Shown here: piece after piece, positions 6,150 to 15,777 of the stretch
Layout: the number at the start of each line of letters is the position of its first letter
Position numbering within the stretch: position 1 is the first letter of the stretch
IMG/VR virus record: IMGVR_UViG_3300045988_061461
Direction: 5' to 3' (one strand)
Length of the DNA stretch: 53,833 bases
DNA from: a virus
Made by a program: the position numbers and the translations under genes
Notes under the pieces: generated by a model
Seen by the model: only the letters and a program-made list of their open reading frames with translations
Databases searched by the model: none
Told to the model about the DNA's origin: nothing

Positions 6150-9100
6150 TCAATCATTTGCAAATAGTTCAAAATCTCCATAAGCGGAGATTGCATCAAC
6201 TGCTGCGTTCACCAATGCATCGTAATAAGATCTATCGATATCGTCCTCTTTATGGAGTTGTTTTACCATTTCAGATTCCAACCATCGATAACCTTTGGTT
6301 CCGACTACAGTGTCGTATTTAATGTTTCCGTTCTTGTCAAGGGCTTCGCGAACAAGATTTCCACCACCGCATCCTGGTTTCATCGGACAATAAAGACCGA
6401 CTTTACCAACGAATATCAAATGATGTTCGTCTGGTGTCTCTTCATTCATATCAAGATACATGTTAGTAGCTACCTGTTTTGTTTCGCACATATCTTCAAA
6501 TTCAATCTTTTCCTTTGAGAAAAGCTTTTTGAAGACATACGGAACAGCAAACTGAGTACCAGTAGCAGTCCATTCATTTGCATGCTTTCCGCCTTTGTTT
6601 ATGATGCCCTGTTCGTTATACTTTGCAATATATACTGCATTGTTAACAAGGCACATCTTAGCGTACGTAGCCTCATGTTCGAACTCGTACCCGTACATTC
6701 TTCCGAAATCTTTAACAAACTGAATGATTTCAGGAGTTGCATTTGGTATCTTTATAGAGTCCGTCTTTATGTGTGCTACTGTGAATCCGCGTTCCTGAAC
6801 TTCATGTTTCAGATTGATCATGAAGAGAGCGCCTCTCTTTGCTACAATATTATCAATGTTCCTCTTGTCCCTGAACGGATTGTCGAACTTTGCTGAAGTT
6901 AATCCATACACAGAGTTAATTGGCGTCTTTAGAACGTTAGATAAAATATCAGCAAGTTCTTCGGAAGTTAAAAATTTCGCGAGAGCGCCATTCATAATCT
7001 TTCTTGCCTGATCGAAGTCTTTGTGCTTAATCAATATTCGAGCTTGCTTCAATTCGGCAAAGCGTTTCGTATATTCATCGCCAAACAAGTTCTCTGCAAT
7101 TATCGAACTAGGATGCATAGATGCAATATCAAGTAATGCTACGTTCGTATAGATTCCAGGTTCGGCGTATACGTAACCACCTTCTCCAACTTCTTCTCCA
7201 CGATAAGTAGAAACTCCACGTTCAAACTTATATCCCGGAAATACGGGTTGCCCTTTACTATTAAAGACGACATATGAACCGGGTTTAATTGGAATATCAT
7301 CCTCTGCTAGGTTTCGATAATTGAATTGATCCTGAGGATGTTTGTTGTTCCCGAAAATGATCTTGGTTGTCAGACTATTGGTCGTATCATTAACCGTCAT
7401 TCCCGCGATGTCAGCAAGTATTTCTCTCGCCGTCCAATCCGCGTTCAAATAATGGAATGCTGCTTCCGTTGCGTCAACGTCGTTACAACAATATCCAGCA
7501 ACCAAAGGCCATTTATCTTCCGGAACAGGCTGATCCCAATCCATTCCAAGTTCCTGATGATGAATTCCCATCTTAATCTCAAGCTTCTTTAAGCTCATCT
7601 TATTTGATGCAGATGCGAAGTCATAAATATCAGTGTAACTTAGATTATAAGCTTCTCCGAACATGCCGGCGTTACGTTCTCCAGATATTATTTTCTTCGA
7701 GAGTTTATAGATCTGCTCGTTCGTATACCCCATCAATCTTGCATAGAGTATATGATTATCATAACGACGACAGTTAAAACCAACAAGTTTCAGTTGGAGA
7801 AGTTGCTCTATTTGAGCAGAATCGGGATTGTACAATATGGTTCTCTTATCTCCAGCACCATCAAATTTCCATACAACAAGGAGTAAGTTTGGAAATACCT
7901 CGACGTCATAAAACGCCAACCGATCAGATCCAAATTCTTTATTTTCACTTGGTGTATCCGACTTGAAATGCATCTTTGGCACAAGTTTCATACAATAATC
8001 GGACTGATTCGTACTGTTCGCTGCAAAGGCGAAGATTGCACTTCTCATGTCAGATACGTCATATTTCGACCCGTTATTATATGCTTTTTCAAGTGTAGAA
8101 TATATGAAGTCTATCGATGGTTTTGTTGCCGGATGATACTCTTTATTCAGATTTCTTTTGATTATGGTCCTAATAGCTCTCTCATTAAGAACGCTATCAT
8201 AATCGATCACCTTTTTATCTCCTTTCAGCGGTAATCCGGACGCAATTGTAGCAATAGGAATATCATTGCATTTTGTGAGCTTTCTTCTCAATGAGCTATT
8301 GCCCTTGAACACTTTGATCTCAATATTATCGTCATAGATTCTACTTAATTTTGAAGGATCGCCTTTGTAAATATAATGCAAGTGAATTCCAGCACCACTC
8401 TTGCTCAATTCAGCATAAGTTTTTGGCCATTTACTTGCTTCTTTAAGATTCTCTTCAAAGTTTTTCGAACCATCCTTCCCACGAATATCAAAGTCAATCA
8501 CAATATGATGAGTATTGTCTTCAAACTTTAGATAATGAAGTTTAGATGTATCGAGATCTTTAAGTTTTGTTCGGACATTTGCCCATTTGAAGTTTGGAGT
8601 TTCGTCTTCAGTTGCGTATTGCGCCATGCATTCTGCACATTCTTTGTCAAGAATCGAAGGCTGAACTTTAAAATCGATGAACTCTATTTTTTCAACAGAC
8701 TCATCTTTGTCTTCATTCAGACTTTTATCGAACTTATCAAATATAAATCCTTTGTAGTAATTTCGGATTCTTGTCCCATCTTCCAAGACATATCGCTCGA
8801 TATACTCTCTGAAATAGTTCTTCAATTCTTCCTTAAAGACACGCATTGAAGATGTATACCCAACTTTTGCTTCCTCACAATATACCTTATAACGCTCCCA
8901 TGCTGATTTCAACGAAGTTCCGTCGTCGTTCTTGAACACAAAGTAAGAATCTTCGACGAAATTATAGAAATCATTTGATGCGCCCATCATCGTTGTTGGT
9001 ACATAATCGTCATAATATCCAGGCGATTCTTCGTAAACCTTCAAACAATGATCTGCTATATGACCTAATTCGAATTTGATCTTCTCGGTCAACACATTAT

Positions 9101-10049
9101 ACTCTTTTCGACTTACTTTGTTTCCGGTTGGAGAAACATCAATAAGACGACGAATTAGACCAGACTTACCATCTGTAATACGAACAGGACGATTCGTTCC
9201 TAAGAACAAGAAACATTTAAATCTATTTGAATATGTAGATTTAAACTTTTCATTTACCGTCATATATTCGTGGGAGACCAAACTATTAAGTCTAGTGTTA
9301 TCCTCTATTCTAGACAAATCACCATCGTGTTGAATCGCAACCAATGGATTTGTTTTGAATGCTTCGAGAGCAAATGTGTTTGAAGAAGAACCCAATGCTT
9401 TTGCATCGAATACTGAATAATATCCTTCAAATAGTTGTTGAATAATGTTCAGAACTGTTGATTTACCAGTACCAGCTGCACCATACAAAACCATGAATTT
9501 CTGAATATTTCGAGAATCTCCTGAGACAATGGATCCAATTGCCCATTCAATTTTTCGTCTTTCTTCAGGCGCATAAAGCACATTCATTAATGTTTCGTAT
9601 CCGTCGATAGAGCCTTCTTCCAAAGGATACGGGAGTCGTTTGCTGGAATAATCTTTTTTATTCGTTGGACTATTTGAAAATATCAATTTTTCATCGAGCA
9701 TGTGGAACGAATCTCTCATGTCTTTTTGACAGAATCGATGCCATTTGTCTATCATTCGAGTTTCAGCATCCTGTACGTGAAGGACTTGAACATGTCCATC
9801 TAGTCGAGATTCATTCTCTTTAGCATACTTGTCCAGTTCTTGATCGATTAGTTCAATAGCATCTTGTTCGTCGGTGGACCATAACCCTTTATCTTCGATC
9901 CAGATCGCGTAGAAATCACCACCTCGAATCATTAGATCGGAGCTTTTCATAATGTAGAATTTTGGATAGATTTCGATTGTTCCTTTTGACTTTCCAGGCC
10001 TCGTCGAAATTCTCAAAAAATCAAGCATCAGGTCACGTTCCTTTACCAA
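6150..10049 (-). CDS. single-polypeptide replisome: P-loop (SF3/D5-like) NTPase + AEP primase + 3'-5' exonuclease + family B DNA polymerase (1299 aa)
   Basis: Walker A YGAAGTGKST. AEP motifs VIDFDI and SGAGIHLHY. Exo I FYDVEVF, Exo II RRYDNHIL, Exo III YCCNDVD. Pol A DIASMHPS, Pol B KTPINSVYG, Pol C IKTDS. The track start is TTG; the ATG at 10028 is an alternative. Confidence 0.85.
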   Translation of the reverse strand: MVKERDLMLDFLRISTRPGKSKGTIEIYPKFYIMKSSDLMIRGGDFYAIWIEDKGLWSTDEQDAIELIDQELDKYAKENESRLDGHVQVLHVQDAETRMIDKWHRFCQKDMRDSFHMLDEKLIFSNSPTNKKDYSSKRLPYPLEEGSIDGYETLMNVLYAPEERRKIEWAIGSIVSGDSRNIQKFMVLYGAAGTGKSTVLNIIQQLFEGYYSVFDAKALGSSSNTFALEAFKTNPLVAIQHDGDLSRIEDNTRLNSLVSHEYMTVNEKFKSTYSNRFKCFLFLGTNRPVRITDGKSGLIRRLIDVSPTGNKVSRKEYNVLTEKIKFELGHIADHCLKVYEESPGYYDDYVPTTMMGASNDFYNFVEDSYFVFKNDDGTSLKSAWERYKVYCEEAKVGYTSSMRVFKEELKNYFREYIERYVLEDGTRIRNYYKGFIFDKFDKSLNEDKDESVEKIEFIDFKVQPSILDKECAECMAQYATEDETPNFKWANVRTKLKDLDTSKLHYLKFEDNTHHIVIDFDIRGKDGSKNFEENLKEASKWPKTYAELSKSGAGIHLHYIYKGDPSKLSRIYDDNIEIKVFKGNSSLRRKLTKCNDIPIATIASGLPLKGDKKVIDYDSVLNERAIRTIIKRNLNKEYHPATKPSIDFIYSTLEKAYNNGSKYDVSDMRSAIFAFAANSTNQSDYCMKLVPKMHFKSDTPSENKEFGSDRLAFYDVEVFPNLLLVVWKFDGAGDKRTILYNPDSAQIEQLLQLKLVGFNCRRYDNHILYARLMGYTNEQIYKLSKKIISGERNAGMFGEAYNLSYTDIYDFASASNKMSLKKLEIKMGIHHQELGMDWDQPVPEDKWPLVAGYCCNDVDATEAAFHYLNADWTAREILADIAGMTVNDTTNSLTTKIIFGNNKHPQDQFNYRNLAEDDIPIKPGSYVVFNSKGQPVFPGYKFERGVSTYRGEEVGEGGYVYAEPGIYTNVALLDIASMHPSSIIAENLFGDEYTKRFAELKQARILIKHKDFDQARKIMNGALAKFLTSEELADILSNVLKTPINSVYGLTSAKFDNPFRDKRNIDNIVAKRGALFMINLKHEVQERGFTVAHIKTDSIKIPNATPEIIQFVKDFGRMYGYEFEHEATYAKMCLVNNAVYIAKYNEQGIINKGGKHANEWTATGTQFAVPYVFKKLFSKEKIEFEDMCETKQVATNMYLDMNEETPDEHHLIFVGKVGLYCPMKPGCGGGNLVREALDKNGNIKYDTVVGTKGYRWLESEMVKQLHKEDDIDRSYYDALVNAAVDAISAYGDFELFAND

Positions 10050-10600
10050 TTTATTCGTTCATTAATATACCAGTACATCTGCATCCAGATGTTTACTGTA
10101 CGCATGTCTCGTTTCGGATGAGCTACGGTGAACAATCCTCCTTCTCCATTAAACTCATACTTTCTCTTAAGAAAGATTTGAATACGGTTACGTACGTAGC
10201 TTTCGTCAAATACAGAATCATCCATAGTATTGATTTTAAGACTAGTCATCATATCCCAAAACCAAATATCAGTACGATTTCCATATCGAGAATCGAGCAA
10301 AATGGATTCCTCCATCCGGACTGCGATACCTATAATTGCTTCAAGAACGCTGCAAGGACGATTTTGAAAATGTCTATTCATTGAATTAGGATCCATGTTA
10401 TAACCCAATTCATAACAATACCTTTCTCTCAAACTCAATCCATCAGCTTCTCGTGCCTCATCCAAATCTATTAAATACGTGAATGGAATATCATTGAGAC
10501 ATGCGAACAATTTATAGTAAGTTGGTCCTCCATATTCATCCGTAAAAACGAGTTCACACAGCCAATCATAATATTCGCTATACAAACTCTTTTTATTCAT
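10043..10600 (-). CDS. hypothetical protein (185 aa)
   Basis: ORF coupled to its neighbours by overlaps. Confidence 0.65.
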   Translation of the reverse strand: MNKKSLYSEYYDWLCELVFTDEYGGPTYYKLFACLNDIPFTYLIDLDEAREADGLSLRERYCYELGYNMDPNSMNRHFQNRPCSVLEAIIGIAVRMEESILLDSRYGNRTDIWFWDMMTSLKINTMDDSVFDESYVRNRIQIFLKRKYEFNGEGGLFTVAHPKRDMRTVNIWMQMYWYINERINW

Positions 10601-11259
10601 TACGAGTCATAGCCTCCAGGCATCTTAATCACGTCACTAAACTTTCTGAAATCCTGTGTGATCTCATAATCGCACATCAATTCATCGTTACGTACGTGAA
10701 CAGTGTTGGTCTCATATTCCCCGAAATGATTCTTATAGTCACTTCCGACATAGTGTTCTTCGTCATCGACGACGTTGTCAAAGTCATCAGCAAGAACGCC
10801 ATCTGCATAATATATCAATGCAACCAGACTATAATCCATTTCCTCCCCAAGTTCTTCAGGAGTTATGATATAAGGCTTTGTTACATCATGACCGGGTTTC
10901 TCTTCATCTGGATGTTCATTGTATATCTGTCTTAGCTCTTCGTTCTCCTTTCTATCTTGAAGAATTTTAGGAGTCACTTCTTTTTCTTCGTTCGTAGACT
11001 CCTTGGAAGATTTCCAATATTTATCAGGAGATTGTTCAAGCTTATGCTTATAATAATCCATCAATTCGGGTTTGTTTTTATCGAGATAAGCTTTTACTTC
11101 ATTCTCGATATGATCAGGATTACTAATCTTGCGAGTTTTCCCCCAATCTTCCTTCAATTGTTCGATTTCATCTTCGTGAATCTTCTTTGTGATAAAGAAA
11201 GTCGCAGCGGCCCCAGTTAAGAGGCCGGCCACGAAACCCAATACTACTTTATAGTTCAT
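10600..11259 (-). CDS. N-terminally membrane-anchored acidic protein (219 aa)
   Basis: TM helix VVLGFVAGLLTGAAATFFI, then a charged region. Confidence 0.65.
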   Translation of the reverse strand: MNYKVVLGFVAGLLTGAAATFFITKKIHEDEIEQLKEDWGKTRKISNPDHIENEVKAYLDKNKPELMDYYKHKLEQSPDKYWKSSKESTNEEKEVTPKILQDRKENEELRQIYNEHPDEEKPGHDVTKPYIITPEELGEEMDYSLVALIYYADGVLADDFDNVVDDEEHYVGSDYKNHFGEYETNTVHVRNDELMCDYEITQDFRKFSDVIKMPGGYDS

Positions 11260-12233
11260 TATGCAAACCTCCGATCAGCTCTAGGAACTGAATTTCCGAG
11301 CATATCAATGATGACCCCATCAGGATCAAGATCCAACCAAATACAGGGCTCATATCCGTTCACGAAAGCTCTCTTTGTCTTGTCGGACAGATCAAAGATG
11401 TGAAAATCAATCACATTCTTCTTCGTCTTGTCGTCCGGATTGTAAAGCCAACCAACAACCTGGCCCCAAGATGTGCTAGGAAGACCAAGCATGTCGAGAA
11501 CTTCGTTGTAGAAGACATGTCCTTTTGTCCGAAGTCTAAGATTTAGCTGATCCTGAACGCCGCAAAGATACATTTTGCTAAATTCGGGATTATCGTCCCA
11601 TCCAGCACAACCAGGCTCATAGCAAATTGTATAAGCACCATGAGTAGTTGCTTCAGAAATCACCTTCTCAATCTTTTTGTTCTTACCAGTCTCAGGATCA
11701 GTGACTGTTTCTTTTATTTTCTCTGTTTTGACACCGTATGCAATATCATTGGCCGCTTCAGAACCGTATTTCTCCTCTACACGATCCTTGTATTCGTTGA
11801 ATGCTTTATTTACCAAAGCATACGCGGTGCTAATCGCAGCTGTTCTATTCTTTTGAATCGTGTGAGCACCAAGAATACTCGTGATAGAAAGAGCTGCCAA
11901 TCCGACAGAAGGACCATAAAGTTTGACCATGTTCAAAGCAGTTTTAGTATATACTTTGATCAAACCCTTCTGATCTTCTTTCTTAATATCAATACCGGTT
12001 TCCTCAGCATCTTTATTCATCGCTACAATCTCGTTCCGATGCTCTTCCAAACGTTCCGTATGATCTTCGATAACATCGTTCAATTTTGTAGTTGCTTTAC
12101 AGGCCATAACGGTGCTCGTTACGATACCTGTTACACCAGCACCAATCAATATTTCGGGTGCATATTTCTTCAGATAAAGACCTGCTCTACCAAGAACTTT
12201 CTTTGCTACATTTATAATGATTTCAGTATTCAT
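11259..12233 (-). CDS. N-anchored protein, paralog A of a three-member family (324 aa)
   Basis: Shares PEIL..GV.G..T.TV.A.KAT, N(R)..AA..TAY and GL(P/R/D)..G...GW blocks with 13647..14414 and 14813..15514. Confidence 0.7.
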   Translation of the reverse strand: MNTEIIINVAKKVLGRAGLYLKKYAPEILIGAGVTGIVTSTVMACKATTKLNDVIEDHTERLEEHRNEIVAMNKDAEETGIDIKKEDQKGLIKVYTKTALNMVKLYGPSVGLAALSITSILGAHTIQKNRTAAISTAYALVNKAFNEYKDRVEEKYGSEAANDIAYGVKTEKIKETVTDPETGKNKKIEKVISEATTHGAYTICYEPGCAGWDDNPEFSKMYLCGVQDQLNLRLRTKGHVFYNEVLDMLGLPSTSWGQVVGWLYNPDDKTKKNVIDFHIFDLSDKTKRAFVNGYEPCIWLDLDPDGVIIDMLGNSVPRADRRFA

Positions 12234-12254
12234 TAGTTATTTCCTTTCTAAATA

Positions 12255-12881
12255 TCAATCAAGTACAATCATTCTGGGCATACGAATGTAATAACCGCCT
12301 TCCAAAGCGTTTCGTACAACCTTTGCATTACGGATGTCTTTCCATCCATATTTATTGTCCGTAAAATCTCCTGTTACACCAGCCATTTCTTCCAAATCGG
12401 CAAAACTAACAGAACCATAAGTGCTTATGATTTCGTCCATTTTGATCAAAGTGTCTTCAGCATCAGCTCTTGACGGAAATATAAGATCAGACGGACCTTT
12501 CTTAACGTTCAACGTCTGCTCTTTCGCCTCTTCAGATGCCCGTTTCGGAGGCTGATTCAAGGAAGAACTTGCAAAATATCCATTATACTGGGTTCCTCCA
12601 TATGTGATGTTGGATCCAAAAGCGCTAGGACCTTTCTTTCCATATGTTTGTCCCTTGTACAATAGCATATACAAAGCTTCCTGAACCGCGTCAAAGAAGG
12701 TCCGTTTAAGATAAGGGATAATCACTTCTTTTCCGACGTGCTCTTTCATTTTCTGAAAATCTTCCGGATTTATCAACTTTGACAATTTGCTGTCATTGTT
12801 CGTACGTACAATCGCCGAAGTTTTCGCTACCTGACCAACTTTTTTTGCAGACAAATTCGGTGTTTGTTTATTTTCTTCCAT
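12255..12881 (-). CDS. hypothetical protein (208 aa)
   Basis: ORF with an SD. Confidence 0.65.
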   Translation of the reverse strand: MEENKQTPNLSAKKVGQVAKTSAIVRTNNDSKLSKLINPEDFQKMKEHVGKEVIIPYLKRTFFDAVQEALYMLLYKGQTYGKKGPSAFGSNITYGGTQYNGYFASSSLNQPPKRASEEAKEQTLNVKKGPSDLIFPSRADAEDTLIKMDEIISTYGSVSFADLEEMAGVTGDFTDNKYGWKDIRNAKVVRNALEGGYYIRMPRMIVLD

Positions 12882-12884
12882 TAT

Positions 12885-13067
12885 TTACTCCTCTATTTCT
12901 TCCATCCAAGCAAAGGATTTCGGATCGAAACCTGAAATATTAAACCAAATCCGAGCTTCATGTTCACTCATGGCATTTATGAAGACATGATGAATCACTT
13001 CGTTTCCATCTTGATCGATCGAATCAACATAGAATATTTTAAACCGTTTCATTCGTATTCTCCTCAC
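12885..13067 (-). CDS. hypothetical protein (60 aa)
   Basis: ORF in the gene chain. Confidence 0.5.
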   Translation of the reverse strand: MRRIRMKRFKIFYVDSIDQDGNEVIHHVFINAMSEHEARIWFNISGFDPKSFAWMEEIEE

Positions 13068-13290
13068 TTTTATTGGATAAATATTTGCTACTTAATTCGA
13101 TTCTAGCACTGGGAAGAAGACCTAAGGTTCCTTTCGCCTGATATGTGAAATTACGCATAGCTTCTTTTGCAGTCCTAGCCACAGTTGCTCCAGTATAATT
13201 TCCGATTCGAATCCCGAATCTCATTACTGGTCCGTTATAATTCCAGAGTGCCATAGCATCAAAAACGAAAGAGAAGATGCCATGTGGCAT
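13039..13290 (-). CDS. hypothetical protein (83 aa)
   Basis: ORF with SD AAGGGAGG. Confidence 0.55.
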   Translation of the reverse strand: MPHGIFSFVFDAMALWNYNGPVMRFGIRIGNYTGATVARTAKEAMRNFTYQAKGTLGLLPSARIELSSKYLSNKSEENTNETV

Positions 13291-13321
13291 CCTCCCTTAG
13301 GTTCTCCTCCCTTCATACAAT

Positions 13322-13576
13322 TTAGTTCTCAATAGTCACGTCAGCAGTTTCAGCGGCTTTACGTTCTGCTTCTGCATCTTTGACAGCTTTCTTTAACCGA
13401 CGAGCGTCCTGAACCTTGTTCTTGACAAAAGCACCAAACTTGTACGCGCCATATGCGGCGGCACCAAGCAATGCTGCACCAAGACCAATGATTGCAATGT
13501 TCTTGCCAGTTGAAGATTCGTTCTCAACCTCAGCAGTAGTGTCAACGTTTACCATTTCCATGTTCTCGTTTTCCAT
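13322..13576 (-). CDS. small membrane protein (84 aa)
   Basis: TM helix IAIIGLGAALLGAAAYGAY. Own promoter P6. Confidence 0.65.
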   Translation of the reverse strand: MENENMEMVNVDTTAEVENESSTGKNIAIIGLGAALLGAAAYGAYKFGAFVKNKVQDARRLKKAVKDAEAERKAAETADVTIEN

Positions 13577-13615
13577 TTTAATAACTCCTTTGTATTTTAG
13601 TTTGAGGTGTATCCC

Positions 13616-13641
13616 TCATATAATAAACTGTTTTTTTCGCG
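13616..13641 (-). promoter_or_regulatory. CGCGAAAA-N10-TTATATGAG class promoter (P6)
   Basis: Minus strand reads CGCGAAAAAAACAGTTTATTATATGA. Confidence 0.6.
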
Positions 13642-13646
13642 AGGTC

Positions 13647-14414
13647 TTAGTCCATATAATTGGCTTTAGGAGGAACCCTATACTCAAGAACTAAGCACGG
13701 TTTCCCATTCGTAGCCACTTGAGCGCTATAGTAAATATCAATGATACCTTTGTCTATGTTCCATCCTACTTCATCACCAACTCCGGTGGGTCTAAGACCA
13801 AGTTCATAATAGAAATCGTTCAAAGATACGTATGTTTCGTATCGCATACGTCTTGCAAGTTCATTCACGGCCTTATTTATCTCATCCGGATCCTTCGTGA
13901 AATATCTATCCGCCATATAATCGTAACACAACGTCTCGTCTTTACCAAGAACGATTACCTGCTGTTGCTCTACGGGATGATTTTCGACTCGTTCTTTAGC
14001 AATTTCGTTACGAATATCATTGGAACGTTCCTCTCCAAGGGCCTTTTCTGCTTTCTCCGAGAATTCTCGCATAGCAGTCTCGGAGAGTGTATAAGCAGTT
14101 GCCAATGCCGCATTACGTCTATTGTTAGTCGCACTAGCTCCAATAATACAGGCGGCGGATGCTGTCACAGCAGTTGCTGTCGGAAGATAACATTTCCAAC
14201 AAGTTTTGATTGTTTCACCAACCGTCAGTTTATCGACGTTAAGTTCTTCTTTCTTTTCTTCGATCTTCTTCAATGCTTCCGGAGTTGCTTTTACTGCAGT
14301 TACAGTAGCAGTTGCCATACCAACAACTCCCAACGCTGTCAATATTTCTGGGGTGTGCTTCCTCAAAAATATCAATGAAGTTTTGATTGCTGATTGGATC
14401 CATTTAGTGTTCAT
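13647..14414 (-). CDS. N-anchored protein, paralog B (255 aa)
   Basis: See paralog A. N-terminal TM PEILTALGVVGMATATVTAV. Confidence 0.7.
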   Translation of the reverse strand: MNTKWIQSAIKTSLIFLRKHTPEILTALGVVGMATATVTAVKATPEALKKIEEKKEELNVDKLTVGETIKTCWKCYLPTATAVTASAACIIGASATNNRRNAALATAYTLSETAMREFSEKAEKALGEERSNDIRNEIAKERVENHPVEQQQVIVLGKDETLCYDYMADRYFTKDPDEINKAVNELARRMRYETYVSLNDFYYELGLRPTGVGDEVGWNIDKGIIDIYYSAQVATNGKPCLVLEYRVPPKANYMD

Positions 14415-14580
14415 TTTGTTGCTCCTTTCGTTCTTGTACGTCCTTTAAGTTCTTTAAGATTTCGTAAGCTAATTTACATTTAAGTAGATTTTTTTCGATT
14501 ATATCGGCCATCTTATAATCATCGACCGTTACATAGAATCGAAACACACCGTCCTCCAATTTTTGCTGAATATCAAACAT
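14404..14580 (-). CDS. small protein (58 aa), not in the track, translationally coupled to paralog B
   Basis: MFDIQQKLEDGVFRFYVTVDDYKMADIIEKNLLKCKLAYEILKNLKDVQERKEQQNEH. SD GGAGAACAGA upstream. Confidence 0.45.
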   Translation of the reverse strand: MFDIQQKLEDGVFRFYVTVDDYKMADIIEKNLLKCKLAYEILKNLKDVQERKEQQNEH

Positions 14581-14592
14581 TCTGTTCTCCTT

Positions 14593-14626
14593 TTTTAAAA
14601 AGATAAGAGGACCCGTTAGAGTCCCC
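14593..14626 (-). terminator. intrinsic terminator with an embedded stop codon
   Basis: Minus strand GGGGAC-UCUAACGG-GUCCUC then UUAUCUUUUU. Confidence 0.55.
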
Positions 14627-14765
14627 TATCTTTTAATTTCTGTTCTATTTTCTCGTCAATTTCATCAGAATGTTGTTTTTCCTTCACCACGTCAGCTAAT
14701 ACCGAAGCTAACAATCCGATCGCGCTCAACGCAATTCCAATTACTTTAAGCATTTTATTACTCAT
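14616..14765 (-). CDS. 49-aa single-TM peptide, not in the track
   Basis: MSNKMLKVIGIALSAIGLLASVLADVVKEKQHSDEIDEKIEQKLKDRGL. SD AAAGGAGG after promoter P7. Confidence 0.5.
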   Translation of the reverse strand: MSNKMLKVIGIALSAIGLLASVLADVVKEKQHSDEIDEKIEQKLKDRGL

Positions 14766-14783
14766 AGAACCTCCTTTATGTTC

Positions 14784-14809
14784 TCATAATACAAGCTGAA
14801 AAATTCGCG
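14784..14809 (-). promoter_or_regulatory. CGCGAA-N-TATTATGAG class promoter (P7)
   Basis: Minus strand reads CGCGAATTTTTCAGCTTGTATTATGA. Confidence 0.6.
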
Positions 14810-14812
14810 AAC

Positions 14813-15514
14813 CTAGATTTGAACTAATGGAGCATTTGCAAACTCTATTATTTCGCATTCCATGTCATCATCAATTTTTGTAAGAGTGTGACGAAAGTCT
14901 ACCCAGCACATCTGAACCTCAGCGTAAGCCATAAATGACCAGCCAGTAACAGATCCTTCTTCTATCGGATCTAATCCAAGAAAACCGAGCCAATCATTGA
15001 CGCTTGCTTCTCCAAATAGCGCCAGAACTCTGTTCAGATCGTATTCTGCTTGTATGACAGCTTCTCTGGTTGATGTGAAATATTGATGCGAAAAATCGTC
15101 ATAGAATAGAACTTCGTTGTCTTGAATATCAATATCGTCCGTATACTTTTTAGAAACGATGTTCTTTAACGGAGTATCTTCTCCAAGAATTTTTCGTATC
15201 TCGTCTTTATAGTCTCCGAGAGATGCTGTCGCCATGGAAGCAGCTGCAGCCAATGCACTTGCTTTTCCGGCAAATTCCCTTGCAGATAATCCTGCAGATG
15301 CAACACATCCAAGAGCAGCAACAGCCGTTGGTATATATTCTTTTCCTACTACTTTTAACACCTCTTTTTTGGTGAGAGGTTCTCCTTTGTTCTCTTCCGC
15401 TTCTTTTTTCAACTGTTCTGCTTTTGGAGTAGCTTTAATGGCTGTGTAAATCGAGCATACTAGACCAACAGCAACTCCGATAAAACCAAGAACAGCCGTT
15501 CGATTAAATTTCAT
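14813..15514 (-). CDS. N-anchored protein, paralog C (233 aa)
   Basis: See paralog A. TM VLGFIGVAVGLVCSIYTAI. Confidence 0.7.
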   Translation of the reverse strand: MKFNRTAVLGFIGVAVGLVCSIYTAIKATPKAEQLKKEAEENKGEPLTKKEVLKVVGKEYIPTAVAALGCVASAGLSAREFAGKASALAAAASMATASLGDYKDEIRKILGEDTPLKNIVSKKYTDDIDIQDNEVLFYDDFSHQYFTSTREAVIQAEYDLNRVLALFGEASVNDWLGFLGLDPIEEGSVTGWSFMAYAEVQMCWVDFRHTLTKIDDDMECEIIEFANAPLVQI

Positions 15515-15523
15515 ATTGTTCTC

Positions 15524-15559
15524 CTTTCAAAAAATGTAGAAGTCCCTGTTAGGACTCCT
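15524..15559 (-). terminator. intrinsic terminator with an embedded stop codon
   Basis: Minus strand GGAGUCC-UAACAG-GGACUUC then UACAUUUUUUG. Confidence 0.6.
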
Positions 15560-15728
15560 TTGTGACGAACTTTTTCAGTTTATCACGAGCATCGTTAAAT
15601 TTCTCAACAGCTTTGTTCCTTATCTCTGGAATAGACAGAGCTGTCAACGCCAGTGTCATCACTGGTATTGCAACCTGAGTCAACCAGAGTCTACGTTCAC
15701 GTGAAGTTTCGATTTGTCGATAAGTCAT
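15549..15728 (-). CDS. 59-aa membrane peptide, not in the track
   Basis: MTYRQIETSRERRLWLTQVAIPVMTLALTALSIPEIRNKAVEKFNDARDKLKKFVTKES. SD AAAGGAGG after promoter P8. Confidence 0.5.
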   Translation of the reverse strand: MTYRQIETSRERRLWLTQVAIPVMTLALTALSIPEIRNKAVEKFNDARDKLKKFVTKES

Positions 15729-15749
15729 GATAGAACCTCCTTTATGTTC

Positions 15750-15775
15750 TCATAATATAAGCTGAAAATTTCGCG
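15750..15775 (-). promoter_or_regulatory. CGCGAAA-N-TATTATGAG class promoter (P8)
   Basis: Minus strand reads CGCGAAATTTTCAGCTTATATTATGA. Confidence 0.6.
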
Positions 15776-15777
15776 AA

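Noticed and set aside
11640-14448. Plus-strand ORFs 11640-12236, 13416-13694, 13719-14378 and 14206-14448
   Set aside because: They are antisense to well-supported minus-strand genes that have SDs and promoters. They show no start-site signals, and their composition is typical of shadow frames.
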